From: an uncultured delta proteobacterium
GTDB taxonomy: Bacteria > Desulfobacterota > Desulfomonilia > Desulfomonilales > Desulfomonilaceae
NCBI GenBank assembly: GCA_963789265.1
Contig: CAWBKB010000005.1
Location: forward strand, 512,001-576,000
DNA length: 64,000 nucleotides
Direction of reading: 5' to 3'
The notes beneath the pieces are model-generated. The model was not told where the DNA came from. It worked only from the letters and a program-made list of their open reading frames with translations, and ran no database searches. Shown in pieces: positions 61,349-64,000 of the stretch. Within the stretch, counting starts at the first letter, position 1. Each line of letters starts with the position of its first letter. The position numbers were made by a program, and so were the translations under genes.

Positions 61349-62718
61349 AAATAGCTCTTGTCTGCCCGGTATATCCTCCTGAGGTGATGCCCTCGGCCGT
61401 GATGATATCCGAATTGGCGCAACACGCCGCCGACCAGGGGCACGAAGTAACTGTGTTCACAACTTTTCCCAGTCTACCCGGTGGAAAAATATTTCCGGAG
61501 TTCCGGAGGCGAATCCGGCAAGTATTCCGAAGAGATGGTGTGAGAGTTGTACGTTGCTTTTCGTTTACAGTGGGACCCGAGCGAAAAGTGCAGTGGCGAG
61601 TGCTCTCGCACATCTCATTCGGCTTCATGGCCGCATCCCAACTGTTGTTCGGCAAGAGGTTTGATATCGTTGTCTGCGACGTGTTTCCCATAATCGCTGC
61701 ACCATTTATTTTGATTGCGAGCACTGTTCGGGGAACCCCTGTTATCAATTACATCCAAGACGTCTATCCCGAGTCGGCTGAGGCCGCAGGATTCGTTAAG
61801 GCCGGCAGCCTCATATCGCGAATTGCTTTGAGTGTGGATCGATGGGTGTGCAATTGTTCGGCCGTGAATGTGACCATTGATGAGTCACTCAAGAAAACTC
61901 TGGCTAGGACACGTGGTCTGAACGACGAACAACTTGAGGTTGTCCATAACTGGATTGATGGCTCCAGGATTAAACCCACGCCAAGGACTGGAGGTTGGCG
62001 GCGGGAAAACGGCATAGAGAAGGAAAAAATTCTGTTCATGTTCGCCGGAACGATGGGGCACGTCAGTGGCGTGGATATATTAATCACTGTTGCAGAAGAA
62101 TTGCAGAAGCGTAAGAGAGAAGACGTCCTCATTGTGTGCATAGGCGAAGGGCCATTGAAACCAAAGATGGTTAATGACGCTGAAAGGCTGGATCTAAGGA
62201 ACATATTGTTCCTCCCGTTCCAGCCAACGGGCAGACTCTCAGAGGTGCAGTCGGAGGGTGACGTCATGTTTCTTCCAATGCAACAAAACCATCAGGTTTC
62301 GTCGGTTCCGAGTAAGTTGATCGCCTACATGGCCGCAGGCAGACCAATACTCTGTTCCGCTCCTCTGAGTTCGACTGTGTCGCAAATTGTCATGAAGGCC
62401 GATTGTGGCCGTGTTGTTTTTCCCGCTGTCGCCTCTGCTATCGCCGACACATTGGGCGAGATGGTTGAAGATGTGAAGACGCTAATGAGCAACGGGGCAA
62501 ACAGCCGGACCTTCTTTGAGAACCACTTTGATCTTGACATCGCCATGAAACGTTTCGACCGCTTGCTGTCGAGATTTAACCAGGAAGGTCTTACCGCAGG
62601 GGTTCGCAGTGCGGCGCGAGGACAGAATTCGCGTCTGTGGCATGATGCCGGAGTCCTCGGAAACGATCAAAAACTTCCAGCATCCGCCTCGGTCGAGCAT
62701 AGGGGGGAGAATTCTTGA
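61345..62718 (+). CDS. Glycosyltransferase family 4 (WbuB-like)
   Basis: YPPE, QDVYPE, FAGTMG and PSKL..YMAAGRPI motifs. Confidence 0.9.
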   Translation: MKIALVCPVYPPEVMPSAVMISELAQHAADQGHEVTVFTTFPSLPGGKIFPEFRRRIRQVFRRDGVRVVRCFSFTVGPERKVQWRVLSHISFGFMAASQLLFGKRFDIVVCDVFPIIAAPFILIASTVRGTPVINYIQDVYPESAEAAGFVKAGSLISRIALSVDRWVCNCSAVNVTIDESLKKTLARTRGLNDEQLEVVHNWIDGSRIKPTPRTGGWRRENGIEKEKILFMFAGTMGHVSGVDILITVAEELQKRKREDVLIVCIGEGPLKPKMVNDAERLDLRNILFLPFQPTGRLSEVQSEGDVMFLPMQQNHQVSSVPSKLIAYMAAGRPILCSAPLSSTVSQIVMKADCGRVVFPAVASAIADTLGEMVEDVKTLMSNGANSRTFFENHFDLDIAMKRFDRLLSRFNQEGLTAGVRSAARGQNSRLWHDAGVLGNDQKLPASASVEHRGENS

Positions 62719-64000
62719 TAAGGCCGGCCAAAACAGAAGACGCGGCAGCAATGGCCCGTCTTCATTCCAAATACTTATTCGCCGGAGCCGGCCAAAGCGA
62801 GGGACGAGTTGCAATGCTTGCGCTTTGGTACACATACGTGGTCTCTTGTGATGACGCCTTTTGTTTCGTGCACAGTTCAGCAAACGAAGAAATTGACGGC
62901 TTTATAGTCATGTTCATCGGGCGGTCACGGTCTCTGCGTCATCTGGTTTGTCAGTATCCTATTGATTTTTTTGTTCGTGCGTTGACATTAACGATTCAAT
63001 CCCCGGCAGATACTCTTGTTATGGTCAAAGAGTATGTTCTCGAGAATGTCTCTTTTAAACGTACACGAATCAGCGCAAGGTTAGAAGATCAGCAGTCAAA
63101 TGGGTTGGTTGAAATCCAGTTGAGGCCGATTGTTGTGGCCGAAGCTCAGCAGGGGTCTGGATTAGCCGGTGTTCTCCTGGCCACTGCGGAACAGGAGTTA
63201 GTCAGAAGAGGAAAGTCAGAGTATTATCTTGTAGTCTTTAAGGACAACGAACAAGCTGTCCGCTTTTATTTGAAAAATGGATTTGTAGTGGCTCAGGATG
63301 CCGGCACCCGCTGGAGGATGAACAAGCACCTGGTCCCGCTCACAGCGCCTGTCGAATGTGTTCCCGAAAAGCGGTGCCCGTTGTGCAAGGCCGTTTCCGA
63401 CGGTAAACCAGTCTTCACATCTTCATATTCTCTGCTTCAACTGAAGTCCTTGGATCTCGCATGGCATCAGTGCGCCCGGTGTCGCACATATTTCGTCGCG
63501 GACATTCCCGATCAGAAATTAATTTCGAAGCATTTGGAAACTGTAGGATACGGCAAGGAGGAGGCTTCGGATCGCATTCATCGGCAAAAGGCTCCTTTGT
63601 ATCGGTTGATACTGGAAGAGATCTCGTGGTTGAAGTCACCAAACAAAACAGTGCTCGATTTTGGTTGTGCCTTCGGATCATTCATGGAACTGGCTGAGAA
63701 AAGCGGCTTTACCGGCTACGGCATCGACATCAATCCGGTCGCTATCGAATTCTTGAGAAATAAGAGGCTCAGAGCGGTTCTGGGAAACGACGTTGGTGCT
63801 GCTCGCAAATTTGGGATCAGATTTTCTGCAATAGTTATGAATGATGTAGTATATTACCTGAGAGATCTTTTGCAATCATTCAAGACTTCGTATGACCTCC
63901 TGGAGACCGGCGGGGTGCTCGTACTCAGGCTCCCCAACAAGCGGACTTGGCTTGCCGCCTCATTGCGTATGCCTTTTCTAAGGCAAAGAGCTATTAGATC
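62715..64000 (+). CDS. GNAT acetyltransferase / Zn-ribbon / SAM methyltransferase fusion (3' truncated, absent from ORF track)
   Basis: Own translation from TTG 62715 is open to the window end: IRPAKTED, QQGSGLAG.LL, N..A.RFY.KNGF, CPLC...CARC, VLDFGCAFG. Confidence 0.8.
   Translation, partial: MIRPAKTEDAAAMARLHSKYLFAGAGQSEGRVAMLALWYTYVVSCDDAFCFVHSSANEEIDGFIVMFIGRSRSLRHLVCQYPIDFFVRALTLTIQSPADTLVMVKEYVLENVSFKRTRISARLEDQQSNGLVEIQLRPIVVAEAQQGSGLAGVLLATAEQELVRRGKSEYYLVVFKDNEQAVRFYLKNGFVVAQDAGTRWRMNKHLVPLTAPVECVPEKRCPLCKAVSDGKPVFTSSYSLLQLKSLDLAWHQCARCRTYFVADIPDQKLISKHLETVGYGKEEASDRIHRQKAPLYRLILEEISWLKSPNKTVLDFGCAFGSFMELAEKSGFTGYGIDINPVAIEFLRNKRLRAVLGNDVGAARKFGIRFSAIVMNDVVYYLRDLLQSFKTSYDLLETGGVLVLRLPNKRTWLAASLRMPFLRQRAIR

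Overview
Bacterial chromosomal window. Gene content and style suggest an anaerobic deltaproteobacterium (Desulfomonilaceae-like; inference only). About a dozen single-base frameshifts in ordinary genes look like assembly errors. The main result is a ~19 kb minus-strand island (9.8-28.7 kb) carrying three fluoride (crcB-type) riboswitches that the ORF track does not show. Each has a TTGAC box 40-41 nt upstream and a CCCACC/GGTGGG terminator. The three units are: (1) dynamin-like GTPase, Cys-rich protein, enolase and a helical protein; (2) a translationally coupled pair of MutS-ATPase-only proteins, possibly with an atypical HAD; (3) a six-gene hydrogenase-4-like complex whose large subunit lacks the Ni-binding cysteines (Ehr type), followed by an MFS transporter. 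No Fluc/CrcB or CLC-F exporter is visible in the window. The rest comprises a malic enzyme end, fumC, FMN reductase, TauE, fetAB-like genes, a Tat multicopper oxidase, a HelY-like helicase, phoB-phoR-phoU, an MrfA-YprB-like fusion, a RAYT with flanking REPs, tadA, tRNA-Ser(CGA), an SDR, bacterioferritin and a methyltransferase-rich polysaccharide locus with three unusual fusions. Several MITEs with 8-bp target duplications carry REP-like hairpins.
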